Assembly (NCBI RefSeq): GCF_001194135.2
Contig: NC_068988.1
Location: 60,053,600 to 60,116,301 of the forward strand
DNA length: 62,702 nt
Reading direction: 5' to 3'
Source: Octopus bimaculoides
Lineage: Eukaryota
Position 1 is the stretch's first letter, and the number at the start of each line of letters is the position of its first letter. Both the position numbers and the translations under genes were made by a program. The notes beneath the pieces are model-generated. The model saw only the letters and a program-made list of their open reading frames with translations, was not told the origin of the DNA and did not search any database. Of the stretch, positions 11,556 to 24,400 are shown piece by piece.

Positions 11556-13404
11556 TATTTCTGTTTTAGCTGGGTTGTTTAGTCTACATTTGTCGTTTCT
11601 ACTGAAATTAGCTTTATGGTCCTTAAGGGAAACAAAAGGGTGGCTGGAGGGAAAGTAGTCTATCCTTTCATTAATTTTAAGGTTGTTAGCGTTCCATACA
11701 TACATATATGTATATATTCACTTAAATATATGTTTCGTCAAAGAGTGGCCAATAGTTTCGCATCCATTGACTGCTTAGCTTTGTGGATGACTCGTCAGTA
11801 TGTAACGGCGAAGAGTATGTCCATATAGGCTTCAAACTGTGGAAGTACAATCCTTTTACTGTCAGTTAGTTGCTAAACAAAAAATAAACAATCCCGGAGG
11901 GCGAGGGTGGGTTATCTCACTTATATCATGCCCGAAGATTTCTCGGAATGAAACAAGGCGTGTTATTAAAAGTTGCGCTGATTACTTGTCCATCTATGAA
12001 AAATACTGATAGCTCAAAAAATTATTCTATTTGTCTCTAACTGGAAATTTAAAATACATTTATATATGTATGTATGCTGTGTGTATATTGTGTGTATATA
12101 CATGTATGTATATATGTATGTCTGTATGTAAGTAAGTAAATATGTGTGTAGGTATGTATATATATGTGTACTAGATTGTGTGTGTACTAGATTGTCTGTG
12201 TTACGGAAACCAACGCTGCGTATATGTGTTTGAGTAAAGTAAAGCCTGTATGCGTTTAAACACGCACACAAAGTGAGTTCAAAAGCTTTTCAGTTTATGT
12301 ATTGATATCCCAAGTTAAAAAAAAAAAAAAAATGAGTAACGGAAGCGTAGAACGAGATATCATGTTATCTACTTCTCGATGTTGCTAAAGACTTGTGAGA
12401 TGATATGCTGAATGATGAGCTCATTGATATATTAGAAATTTCATAGTTTTGCAATATAATCTCGGTTATAAATTTGTTTGTTTTTTTGTAATACATATAT
12501 AAATGTGTGTATGTGTGTAAGTGTGTGTATGTTCATAGACATGACATGTACATGCTTGTGTGCGTGCATATATGTTTGTGCGTTCACGAATATGCATATT
12601 TATGTGTGCGTATCTGTGCGTTTACAAATATATGTTTATATTGTAGATGTGTAGCTTCTTACATTCATAGACAGAAATATATAAGTACATAAATTCTTAA
12701 TCATATGTACATGAGTGTGTACACGAATGTGCTCGCATACATACTCACATACACAACAACACACGCTCAAAGACATGCACACACGAGAATAAGTTGAGAT
12801 ACTAAAATTTTACTTTCAATGCAACTTATACGAAGAGATATTGAATGTTATACCAGACACTATACTCACATAAGACCCAGTCAATGTCTGTTTTCTTTAG
12901 CTGTCCACTAATACTAGCAATTATTCTTTCCCCTTATTGTTCTGATCGCGTATTATTGATCTATTTCTTAACATCTACGAAGGAGTCTGATTTTCTTAAG
13001 AAAACCAGCCCATGTGTTGTTAGCTTGATTATGAAGTAAATATAGATATATGGAAAATATGCTACTTCATACTGTCTCAACTAATTTAGATTTGCTTAAC
13101 TCTGATCGGTTAGAAGTCGTTTGTTGTCAGTTCTTCGCAACTGAACGTTGCTTATTGTTATTGCTCACAGTGATAAACCGTGGTTCTGATCGATAGATTT
13201 CTTGATGCCAATGTGAAATTGGTCCAGCCAAGGCACAATAAATTGAGTGGCTGCATCATTGGTCGTATAACAATAGGAATCACTGGAGAGAAAAATCAAT
13301 ATTGAATTTAGTTAATGCTGAGAATTGTATCATTGAAAAATATGTGGCGGCCTCTAGAAACACATTACCTCTGTAAAGACAATTACTTTTCGAGCATATA
13401 AATC

Positions 13405-13456
<52 letters not shown>

Positions 13457-13736
13457 NNNNNNNNNNNNNNNNNNNNNNNNNNNNNNNNNNNNNNNNNNNN
13501 NNNNNNNNNNNNNNNNNNNNNNNNNNNNNNNNNNNNNNNNNNNNNNNNNNNNNNNNNNNNNNNNNNNNNNNNNNNNNNNNNNNNNNNNNNNNNNNNNNNN
13601 NNNNNNNNNNNNNNNNNNNNNNNNNNNNNNNNNNNNNNNNNNNNNNNNNNNNNNNNNNNNNNNNNNNNNNNNNNNNNNNNNNNNNNNNNNNNNNNNNNNN
13701 NNNNNNNNNNNNNNNNNNNNNNNNNNNNNNNNNNNN

Positions 13737-13770
<34 letters not shown>

Positions 13771-13808
13771 ACACATATATATAGATAGATATATGTATAT
13801 ATACACAC

Positions 13809-13864
<56 letters not shown>

Positions 13865-14662
13865 TATATATATGGAGAAGAGAAACGGACAAGTTTGGAG
13901 AAGATGGACAATGAGAAAGATAAATAGGAAATAACAAAATCTATATATATGAAATCACAATTCAACACTACGTTAAATTGTTTACAGCTTTAAAGAAATT
14001 TGAGAAGAAGATTAATAGGTAATTTAATTTAAACCAATATACAACCGTATACGCATACGTTTTCATTTATACACTAAATCCATTACTCCTATAAACACAT
14101 ATCCCAAATGAAATAATAGTCAACTTTACAACTACGGTTTATATATAAGCTATACGTAAATGTGAATATATGTAGATATACATACACTGACGCATATTTG
14201 AGTGGGTTTGAGTGGATCCGTGTGCATGTGTGTGTGTTAGTGGTGAGAGTTGAGATAAATGTTAATGCTCAGAGAGGAATGCTATATAAAATCAATGGAG
14301 CATACACTTTTTTTGTAACAATCAGGTTTTGGAAATAAATATATGCGTGTGTGTGTTTGTGTGTTGTGCGTGTGTGTTGTGCGTGTGTGTGCGTGTGTGT
14401 GATATGTGTATGTATGTATAAATATCTATCAATATATCTTTTTTATTATTTCTATCTATCTATCTATCTATCTATTATTAATAAATTATTGGGTAGCAAA
14501 AAAATGTTTAGAACTTTTATTTACCACATCTATCTATATACTTACACGCACACACACACACATATATATATATACATATTTACACATATATATGTATATA
14601 GAGATACATGTTTATACATACATTTTTATACATATATATATATCTTTGTGTGTATACCTATG

Positions 14663-14711
<49 letters not shown>

Positions 14712-15719
14712 GTGTATATATATATTATCGTCAGCAGATACGCAATAACCCCCATGCGTGCATACATACATCTATAAGCAGTGTATCTATTTTTTATAAG
14801 TAATATGCTTATTGTAGTTTTTGCATTAGTATTCAGTGACATATTTCATTAGTTAAATAGATCAGGAATTGAAGTGTTCTATTTATTTTGTCTCGATACT
14901 TAACGTACTATGACAAACGTAAGTGCGTGCACATAAATCAGACACAAACACATAAATGCACATATTTCTGCTTACGTAAATATGCATGTATTAAATTTTT
15001 GTGCATTTCCTTCCTACATTTCGCTAGGTGCATGTCTACCATAAAGCTTTTACTTCGAGAATATTTCCCAAAACGCCACGCACTAGGATATAAACCAAAA
15101 TTAGGTGATTTCGAAACTAACACATGCTTTATCACAAATATTCTTTTGTCACATGAATGTTATTGAATTGACTTTTGGAATCCATGTGTGACAATGAATT
15201 CCAACTGTAAACTTATATTTACAATTACATTTTAGTAACTTGTCAACGAGGGTCTCTGTCCTCACAGAATTCAAGGTGATTTATTGCAGATATATATGTA
15301 TAAATGCACTATCAATAACAATAATCCTAGACCCAGGGTGATCTGGATATGGTAAACTGAGTAGAAGACGGAATATTTCCATGCGAGTGTGATAGAAGGA
15401 CAAAAACAAAACATCTTTTAGGGAGAAAAGAAAGAGAGTAAGTGCGTTGTTAATTGTATTAGTGACACACGGGAACGAAGAGACATTTAAATCGCAACCA
15501 CATTTCGAACTTAAAACAAAGGAAAAAGTGCCGAAAGATACAATACAGATGATAAGCAAATCATATTCGTGAAACGAAAATGTCCGTGTTGATAAAGTAG
15601 GTTGTAGATTGAATCCTATAGAAATATATTGTAAAATAAAAAAATGATTGGTCAGTAAGGTGAACACTTGAAAAGGAAGACACTAGTATGCATGACCGTC
15701 TTTTACCAGAGGTGGTGTG

Positions 15720-16330
15720 TGCGTCTGTATTTCTATAATGTAGTGCTTTAAATATAGGGAGTTGTTAATGTAATGTATAAACTTGGATGTAGAATTCAGT
15801 GAGTATAAAGAAGGATTAAGAACTTCAGAGACTTCTGAATATAGTGGTCAAAGAAAGTGGGAGGAATGATCGCTTCGTAAACTGCAGGAAGACAGAGTGT
15901 GTGGTGGCGACAAAGAAGGCAAGCCTTATGCGTATGCTGAAAGTGAGCAATCAAATCTTTAAGCAGATATCATCCTTCAACTACCTTGGAACTTTGATCA
16001 CAGAAGAATGCAACATATGTAAATGAGATAGAAAAAAAAGATCCCAAAATTGTATAACATCTTGAAAAACCGCCCTCCGAACATCAAAACAGAGATCTGT
16101 ATAATGAACCGCTATGTCCATCATGTATAAATGTATGGTACTGAGGTATATTCAATGAGACCAGAAATGAGATGGTGCTTGGAGGCTTATGAAATGTAGA
16201 ACTTAAGGACAATATTTAGAATAATATGGACAGAGAAACTTATATTACTTATAGCCCATGAGGAATCATTTCTTTCCGAGCCATAAGTAATATAAAATTT
16301 CAACCCACATAAAGTAATAGGCTGCACCTC
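15720..16330 (+). mobile_element. RTE-type LINE, decayed RT C-terminal fragment
   Basis: LKVSNQIFKQISSFNYLGTLITEE resembles the FxYLGSxIT motif that follows the RT core; the downstream part is frameshifted. Confidence 0.6.
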
Positions 16331-16736
16331 TACACTTGCTTCCCCACAGCCAAGGATAATGACTGCAGGGTGACCTTTCGACATTTTGCATCCCTGGTCC
16401 TATCTACATACGTAGATGTGCACAAACACATGCATCTCTGTACGTATGCTTTTCTTATCCTCCCATCCCGAAGAACACAACCAAAACCTCCCCATTCAAC
16501 CTGCCCTAATACCACCAAAGCTCAATCTAGCGCCAAATTCCTTCCTCTGCAATTTGACTTTTGCATCCAGACTAGCATACATCTGAGGTGTTGGCACAAG
16601 AATATACTAAAAGTATACATGTATATGTACACACTCGCACACACTAACCACACGTAACCAGAGGCAGGCAAGGATGCATATTCTTCCATACAGTCACGCA
16701 GACATCCATACGTAAACATATAATTACAGTAATATA

Positions 16737-16956
16737 CGGCAGTACCTCGGATTTCGAGCAACTCTGATCACGAATATATCGTGCTTTATCTCCAGTCTTT
16801 CTCATATTCAATTAATACGTTAATACCTTGGTTTACGAACGCGTCTGATCACGAATAAATACTGCTTATATCTATTTATATCTATCTGTGTGTGTATATA
16901 TATAAAGAACAAGATTTTTTTGTGATCAGAGTCGTTCGAACATCGAGGTACTACTG
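16737..16956. mobile_element. MITE (pogo/Tigger-like, Tc1/mariner superfamily)
   Basis: About 37-bp imperfect TIRs (CGGCAGTACCTCGGATTTCGAGCAACTCTGATCACGAA and TTGTGATCAGAGTCGTTCGAACATCGAGGTACTACTG) with TA on both flanks. Confidence 0.8.
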
Positions 16957-17082
16957 TACTTGTTCACGTTCCTCATTCAATCATGAGAAATTATGCCGAG
17001 ACATGCTTTCTAAACACGTAGGCGCACACACGCATTAACAGCAGGCACCGACGTACACGTATTTCCACAGACACGCACACAC

Positions 17083-17247
17083 ACACACACAGATACATAT
17101 TCGCGCAAGCGGGTGCTCACACATGGCGGATACACACCCCCACACACAGATACATATTCGCACAAGCGAGTGCTCACACATGGCGGATACACACCCACAC
17201 TCATACTCATCCAAGTAGGCATACTCATCCAAGTAGGCATACTCATA
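17083..17247. repeat. Short tandem duplications: about 58 bp x2, then 18 bp x2
   Basis: CACACACAGATACATATTCGC...ATGGCGGATACACACCC twice; ATACTCATCCAAGTAGGC twice. Confidence 0.85.
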
Positions 17248-17439
17248 CACATCAAGAAGCTGATCCTATCATCTCACGCCGCACTCCAGCTTACCACACA
17301 CTTAAATTCTACGCAGGCATAGGCATCAGACTGCCACATCGCAAGATATATGTGTATGTGTGTGTGTGTCACAGTATGCGCACCCTCTGCCTCTGTGTGT
17401 GTGTGTGCGGATTCGGGTTATTATACAGATTGTCAATAG

Positions 17440-18010
17440 AATAAAAGAAAAGGACTCGATTCAGCTAGAGCTGAACTTTTACATACTGAATACAGGAGCT
17501 ATGTGAGCTACTACAGATCTCATGCTTCGGAGAGTCTTTCATGGAGTATCGAGCGATCCGAAAGTATTTCAGAAATAAATCAGACACGAACTCTTATTTC
17601 CACTACATAGATTGTCTCTTTGCCTCTAGCTCCAAAATATGAACCCAGCTCTCCTCATGTGTTAAGAAAAGTTCAAAGAAACCAACTGGATATGCTTCAA
17701 GCAACGTCAGATATTTTTCGTGATATGATCAGGTTAGTGTGCTTTTGATCAGGAGTCAGTAGACGTGACACACACCGAGCAGAAACCTTCGTCATGTCAA
17801 GTTTATTTTGCAGCTTATTCTGAACTTGTGGGGAACACCATCAATGTTTTCGTCAGTGTTGGTAATTACAGAACGTCCAGACCTTGGGTCATGTTCAAAA
17901 CTTTCCCTTCTTCTATCAAATTCAGCTGCCACGTTTGCACTGTTGATAAAGCTGGAGCGCCAGCCCCTAATATAGCAACCATGTCAGTATGAATATCCTT
18001 GAGAGCTTAT
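17440..18010 (-). mobile_element. mariner (DD34D-type) transposase remnant
   Basis: DIHTDMVAILGAGAPALSTVQTW (HTH region) and FELFLTHEESWVHILELEAKRQSM*WK (first catalytic motif region, TxDExW-like). Confidence 0.8.
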
Positions 18011-18455
18011 ATATCTAATTGCGTCTGCATAGAATCGAACAATCAAGTGGTCTTAACTAATGTGTCAACGGAAATTACTGAGACTGACGTTAGCGTTAGG
18101 AATTGTCGATCGGCTCGTTCCGGATGATTATGGTAATTGTTAGTCTATATGGTTTCATTCATGCGCGTTAACTACAGCATGAGAGCGGTTTAGCTCATAC
18201 TTTTAGCAATATAGGTATTTCTTAATATCGTTGTCACATTTAGTGTCTATGCATATATATATGTATGTATATATATGTGTGCGTGTGTGCATATATGCAT
18301 ATATATATGTATGTANNNNNNNNNNNNNNNNNNNNNNNNNNNNNNNNNNNNNNNNNNNNNNNNNNNNNNNNNNNNNNNNNNNNTATATATACAATAGATC
18401 CTTCGTGATCTTTCTCCTCCGCCTTCCTTTTCTCTTGGACATTCCTCCGTCTCCT

Positions 18456-18490
18456 GTTTCTGACGAAGAGCTGTATCCGAAACGTAAAAC
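18456..18490 (+). ncRNA. Degenerate minimal type I hammerhead-like motif
   Basis: GUUU-CUGACGA-AGAGCUGUAUCC-GAAAC-GUA-AAAC: intact core, 4-bp stem I and GUA triplet, but poor stem II. Confidence 0.45.
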
Positions 18491-21400
18491 CACATTTCTT
18501 TCCTTTCCAGTGCGTCTGCTAATACTTTGCATGTACTGCATACTCGTACTGTTGTCTTTTCTTGGTATTTTTTTTGTTATATATATATGTATATGCACTT
18601 GTGTATAAAAGAGTATAAAGCATGAAGATGGAATAAAGAGGATCTAAGCCAAGTCAGTAAAATTGCTTTTGTCTATTAGTATTAGCTCGTAAATGCTGAC
18701 TACTTCACATATTCATAACATTATTATATTGATATTATCTAACAGTAGCTGTGTACGTGCAAGGTTTCGGGTGAATACGTTGTATGCATAAATATATTCA
18801 TACAGACATATTTCTATGTGCGTCTATGTATATCTCTGTATGTCCCTGTACTCCTCTCCCTATTTCTCCCTGTATATTTATAGTTTTTCTAAACTAAAAA
18901 TGGTTCTTCCATTTTAGTTTGAAGTATGTAACGTTTACTAAAATAAAGCAATTGTTAAAGTCTATACTGTCTATATATCTTAAACCACTCTATTGTTTAC
19001 ACCTCTTTGCGAAATTTTATTTTCAAGTTTTTATTAGAGAAAATTTTGACTAAAGAAAACAATATTTAATTGACTTCAAGACGGTGATTTTACATCTAGT
19101 GCTGCAACATAATATGCCTTATATATTGCCAGTAGTTAATTAGCTAAGTGAGAGCACTCTTTGTAACTGAAGGCAAAGAAAAAAATATATTACAATCTCT
19201 GCAACGTTGTATTTGCGTTTCGAAATAGGTTATTGATATTACAATGTCGATAGAGCAAATGATAAGTTAAATAATCACTTGAGTTGAAGCCTAGATGAAG
19301 GTTTTCAATATGATATTTCCTGTATGTAGTAAGTGTGCAATCCACTTCCCTGTCTTTCAAATTTGCAAACTTTTCTATGTAGATATATGATAAACAGTGG
19401 GCTTAAACGTCGTTAAATCAACTCAACATAAATACCTGATTTCTTGATCAATCATAACGTTGCCATTGAATGCATACTATCATGCTTCATATATGTGTTC
19501 AGAAAGTGAGAGTAATTATACGAATAAAGGATACAAAGAAGCATTTGATACATTACTATAAATTACAGAAATCGAAAATAAACTGCGTAAATATCACTTA
19601 GCGACGAGCATATAACCACCCAGAGAGCAATCATTCTTCTCCTTAACTAACATACTTGTGCGAACATGAATGTGAATAATTTCTGCGCATTATTTTAGGG
19701 GAAATATTTCTTGCTTAGGAATGTATAAAAACAGTACCAACTCTGAGCATAATTGACTAGTTTATTAAATTTATGTTGTGGTACACAACAGCCATCATAA
19801 ACATGAGGCTATTTACTATGGTTTCTATTATAACTAACCTATCCTAATGAATAATTCAATAAGGTATAAATATGAATAATAACGAATTTCATATTTATGG
19901 TTTTCTTCACCAATTATTTTCTTGCATCGTATGGATAATGTCTGACTTTGATAAGTAATTTGATAGTTTCCACTTCGCTTTGTTAAAAGCACCATTGGTG
20001 TGTAAATTACTGTTCGGACAAACAATGATAACCACCGCATTAAATATATTGTTAGCATGATTATTACAAAGGCCAAACGATAAAGACTATAAATTCTATT
20101 TCAGTCCGTTATATAACTATGCAGTGTGTATACGTATGAGTATATATATATATATATANNNNNNNNNNNNNNNNNNNNNNNNNNNNNNNNNNNNNNNNNN
20201 NNNNNNNNNNNNNNNNNNNNNNNNNNNNNNNNNNNNNNNNNNNNNNNNNNNNNNNNNNNNNNNNNNNNNNNNNNNNNNNNNNNNNNNNNNNNNNNNNNNN
20301 NNNNNNNNNNNNNNNNNNNNNNNNNNNNNNNNNNNNNNNNNNNNNNNNNNNNNNNNNNNNNNNNNNNNNNNNNNNNNNNNNNNNNNNNNNNNNNNNNNNN
20401 NNNNNNNNNNNNNNNNNNNNNNNNNNNNNNNNNNNNNNNNNNNNNNNNNNNNNNNNNNNNNNNNNNNNNNNNNNNNNNNNNNNNNNNNNNNNNNNNNNNN
20501 NNNNNNNNNNNNNNNNNNNNNNNNNNNNNNNNNNNNNNNNNNNNNNNNNNNNNNNNNNNNNNNNNNNNNNNNNNNNNNNNNNNNNNNNNNNNNNNNNNNN
20601 NNNNNNNNNNNNNNNNNNNNNNNNNNNNNNNNNNNNNNNNNNNNNNNNNNNNNNNNNNNNNNNNNNNNNNNNNNNNNNNNNNNNNNNNNNNNNNNNNNNN
20701 NNNNNNNNNNNNNNNNNNNNNNNNNNNNNNNNNNNNNNNNNNNNNNNNNNNNNNNNNNNNNNNNNNNNNNNNNNNNNNNNNNNNNNNNNNNNNNNNNNNN
20801 NNNNNNNNNNNNNNNNNNNNNNNNNNNNNNNNNNNNNNNNNNNNNNNNNNNNNNNNNNNNNNNNNNNNNNNNNNNNNNNNNNNNNNNNNNNNNNNNNNNN
20901 NNNNNNNNNNNNNNNNNNNNNNNNNNNNNNNNNNNNNNNNNNNNNNNNNNNNNNNNNNNNNNNNNNNNNNNNNNNNNNNNNNNNNNNNNTTGCAAGTGAA
21001 TCAGTGGAGGCAAATATGCGTCTCATTTACTTGACAATCTATGAACCACATTGCAGAAATCACAATGTAAGTATATCTGAAAGGATAGTCTTACACTTTT
21101 GTACCGTTGAATTACAAATAATGCTCATCTGTTATGTTCGGGTGACCCTATAGGTTCCAATAGTACAATTGTATTCGTCTTTGCCTAGGAAAAATGACTA
21201 AATTGTGGGTGTGAAGTCCTCATGAAGGGGTCTTTGTAACTTCTAAGAAAAAAATTTAGAAATATTACTTTATTTGAGTGTAATCTGTATGGTTAAAATT
21301 TCATCAACATCAAAAATATATGAATTTTCATGGTGATTATGCCCGTTATGCATAGAATATAATTTCTAAATTTGATAAAGATCCATTCAGTACTTTTTAC

Positions 21401-22031
21401 GTAGTTTTGGATAAAAAAAAAACAAATGACTAATGTGTGCGTTTGTGTGTATGTGTGCGTGTGTGAGTGTATATATGTATAGATATCTGTATGCATGTAT
21501 ATATGTGTATATATGTGTACATATTACATGTACATCTATATATATACATCTACACATATGTACACATATACATGTATGCATATAGATCTATAACTCTATA
21601 TATATCTATACATATACGTATACATATACATCTATCTCTCTCTCTCTGAAACCATTGAAGTGAAAGTATCTGTCATTACAGTATCGAAATGTGATTGTTT
21701 CAGTTAGTGGAATAGTTTCATTTTTAAAGTGAAAGTATTTGACATGAGTGTTTCTCTTTTGACACGTAATACTTAAATAGTGGCGGAGATATTATGTTGC
21801 CGTCGGCTCGAACTTTGCAAGAAGTTAAAACGTTTTTTGACTAAAACACAACTGGAACCCTAAGTAAGGCATGTGTAAAATTTGAATGAAATTGGTTGCG
21901 TAGTTCTCGAGTTTTAGGGATTCACACACACACACACACACCCACACACANNNNNNNNNNTATATACGTATATATATTTATGTATACATATCATGTATTT
22001 ACGTATATATGTATACATATGTATATTCATG

Positions 22032-22066
<35 letters not shown>

Positions 22067-23959
22067 CTGTGTGTCTGTGTGTTTGTGTGTGTGTTTGTGT
22101 GTGTGTGCCTCTGTTGTGCGTGGGCATTATTATTTAAAACTGTTTCTTACCCCAATCTAGTGCGTTTCTGACGCAGACGTCCGAATGAAGAGACAGGGGA
22201 AGACGAAGATTACTAATAGAAACTGATCTACCATTTGTGATGGTGGGCCACATGGTGTTGTTAGAAGTGAGACGGGCATGTAAGTTGCACTCGATGCATT
22301 AGCAGGAATTGGTGATTGGCCGAGACATGGAATATAACAGAGATACGGCTGGCAAGGATGCATGTGTGTGCATACCAGACGTACGAGTGGTTTGATGTGG
22401 GTGTCTGATAACTATACATACGTTTCAGACTGTATTGACGGAGCATGCGTGTGTGAAATAATGTGTCGGTGACTATTGTCATATCGGTAATGGCTGATGG
22501 CATCAGTTTGTTCATGCGTAGGTGCGTGATTTGTAAGGTGTGTGTATACGTGTATTGCATGGGAAGACTTTGGTGTGTATGTCAGCTGAGTGTGTGTTAT
22601 TAGCGGTATGAGTGTGGATGTCTGTGTGTGTGTGTGTGTGTATGTGTGTGTGTGCGTGCAATTATGTGATCGTTAATGGGTGTTGCCTATGCGCGCGTGT
22701 GCGAGGGTATTTGGGACGCATATAAGGGTTAGTGTGATTAAGGAACATTAGTGAATGTATGTTCATTCTTGTATTTGTTTCTAAGCGTACAGATGCGTAC
22801 GTGTTTCTATGGAAGGACATATATGCGTCCATAGTGTGTTTTGTATTTGATGTGTGCATATATATGTATGTATGTATTATGTATGTATGTATGTATGTAT
22901 GTATGTTTATGTAAATTAAGAAATGGAGTTGAACGCAGGTGATATTCAAATCTTTATACTTCTGACATATGTCACGAAGAAAACATTGATATTATTCCTG
23001 AGGGAATGAAATGATGTAAAACAATCTAATCATCGCATTAGGATAAAAAGAGAAACAAGACACATCATATATCTATTTACACGCCCTTAAGCTTTATTAC
23101 CACTCATCTATTGCACTATTTTTCCACTCTTAATTTTCTGTTAATTTCTTTCTTTCTCCTCCTTCTCTGTCTCTAAATTGCTTTTAACGTTAAATCTATT
23201 AACGGTTTTTTTTTAATAACTTGCCAGCACTCCCTTCATCATATACGCGTTAATCACATTAGGTTAAAATAGCCAGTTGATATATTTAATTTCTCTTATT
23301 TCTCTGATGAGATGATTACATTGTTTTACATCATTTTATTACCTCGGGAATAATAACAATGTTTACTTCGAAACATATGTCGGAAATATACAGATTTGAA
23401 TAATACCAGCGTTTAACTCCATTTCTTAATCTATCTATTTTATACAAAATCATTTCACTAAATCCTGGAACTTCACCCCTTATAACCTTTACCTTGGTAC
23501 TTATGTGAATTGTTGCTACCATGCTAACTATTTATTTATTGTTACCGAGTTATTTGTACACATTGAAAAAATACACATACATTTATATATGTATATTTAT
23601 TTATGCATGTTTGTATGTATGTATGTATGTATGTATATATGTATGCAAATTGCTTATCCACTTGTGTTTAATGTCGATGCGCGCGGGGTAATAGATGTAT
23701 GCTAGTATAGATGCAACATCGATTCCTGTGAGGGAGGAAATATTAGTTACACAGAGCTGTAGTTGTGTTGGGGTAGAAAGAAGTAGTGGAGAAGTATATG
23801 TATATGGATGTGTTTATGTTTGCGTGCGCACACCGACGGACATTTTGTTGACTGCAAGGGTGATGTATATGAGCGTGGAGTAGTCGGCCTGTTGTTTGCT
23901 GGGTATCAGGGGTTAAAAACCCAAAACGTTGTTGTGGGGCAGCCAGCGTTGAGGTAGAG

Positions 23960-24400
23960 TCAATGACGCTAACTATCTGGGTCGTCGGTGACCAGGGATT
24001 TGAAGTTCTTCAGAGTGCGCACATCTGATGACTGCAATAAAATATTTCCTGTTGAGAGATACTGCCGGTTGGTGGAGAGTATGCAGTCTTTCATGGATAC
24101 GGAGCTGGAAATTGCGAGTGCCGGATGAGTTAAGGGCACGGCACTGTCAATGGTGGTCCATTTGATATTGGGTGTCTCATTCCAGAGATCACGAATTTTC
24201 GAAAGGAAATGAGGCAAAGGAGTATAACGCTCTATCCTTGCATGTAACCAAACGTGTATGTCTGTCACCTGAACGGAATGTACGCACAGCATATCACTTC
24301 TGTCATCAGCAACGCTGTTGCAACTACACTACCATACATCAATCACGCCAGCATTTATAATTCTCAAAAGCATGTATAACGTAATATATGCTGCCCCTGC
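23960..24400 (-). mobile_element. Penelope-like element, decayed GIY-YIG endonuclease C-terminal region
   Basis: FLSKIRDLWNETPNIKWTTIDSAVP, then after frameshifts SSGTRNFQLRIHE and ILSTNRQYL, resembles LSKYIW..NIKWSII..A.PY....CxLC..EK..IL...LLN. Confidence 0.5.

Noticed and set aside
17611-17732. Apparent plus-strand exon IVSLPLAPKYEPSSPHVLRKVQRNQLDMLQATSDIFRDMI with ag/gt borders
   Set aside because: The opposite strand encodes the mariner motif THEESWVH...KRQSM, so this is the antisense of a transposase remnant.
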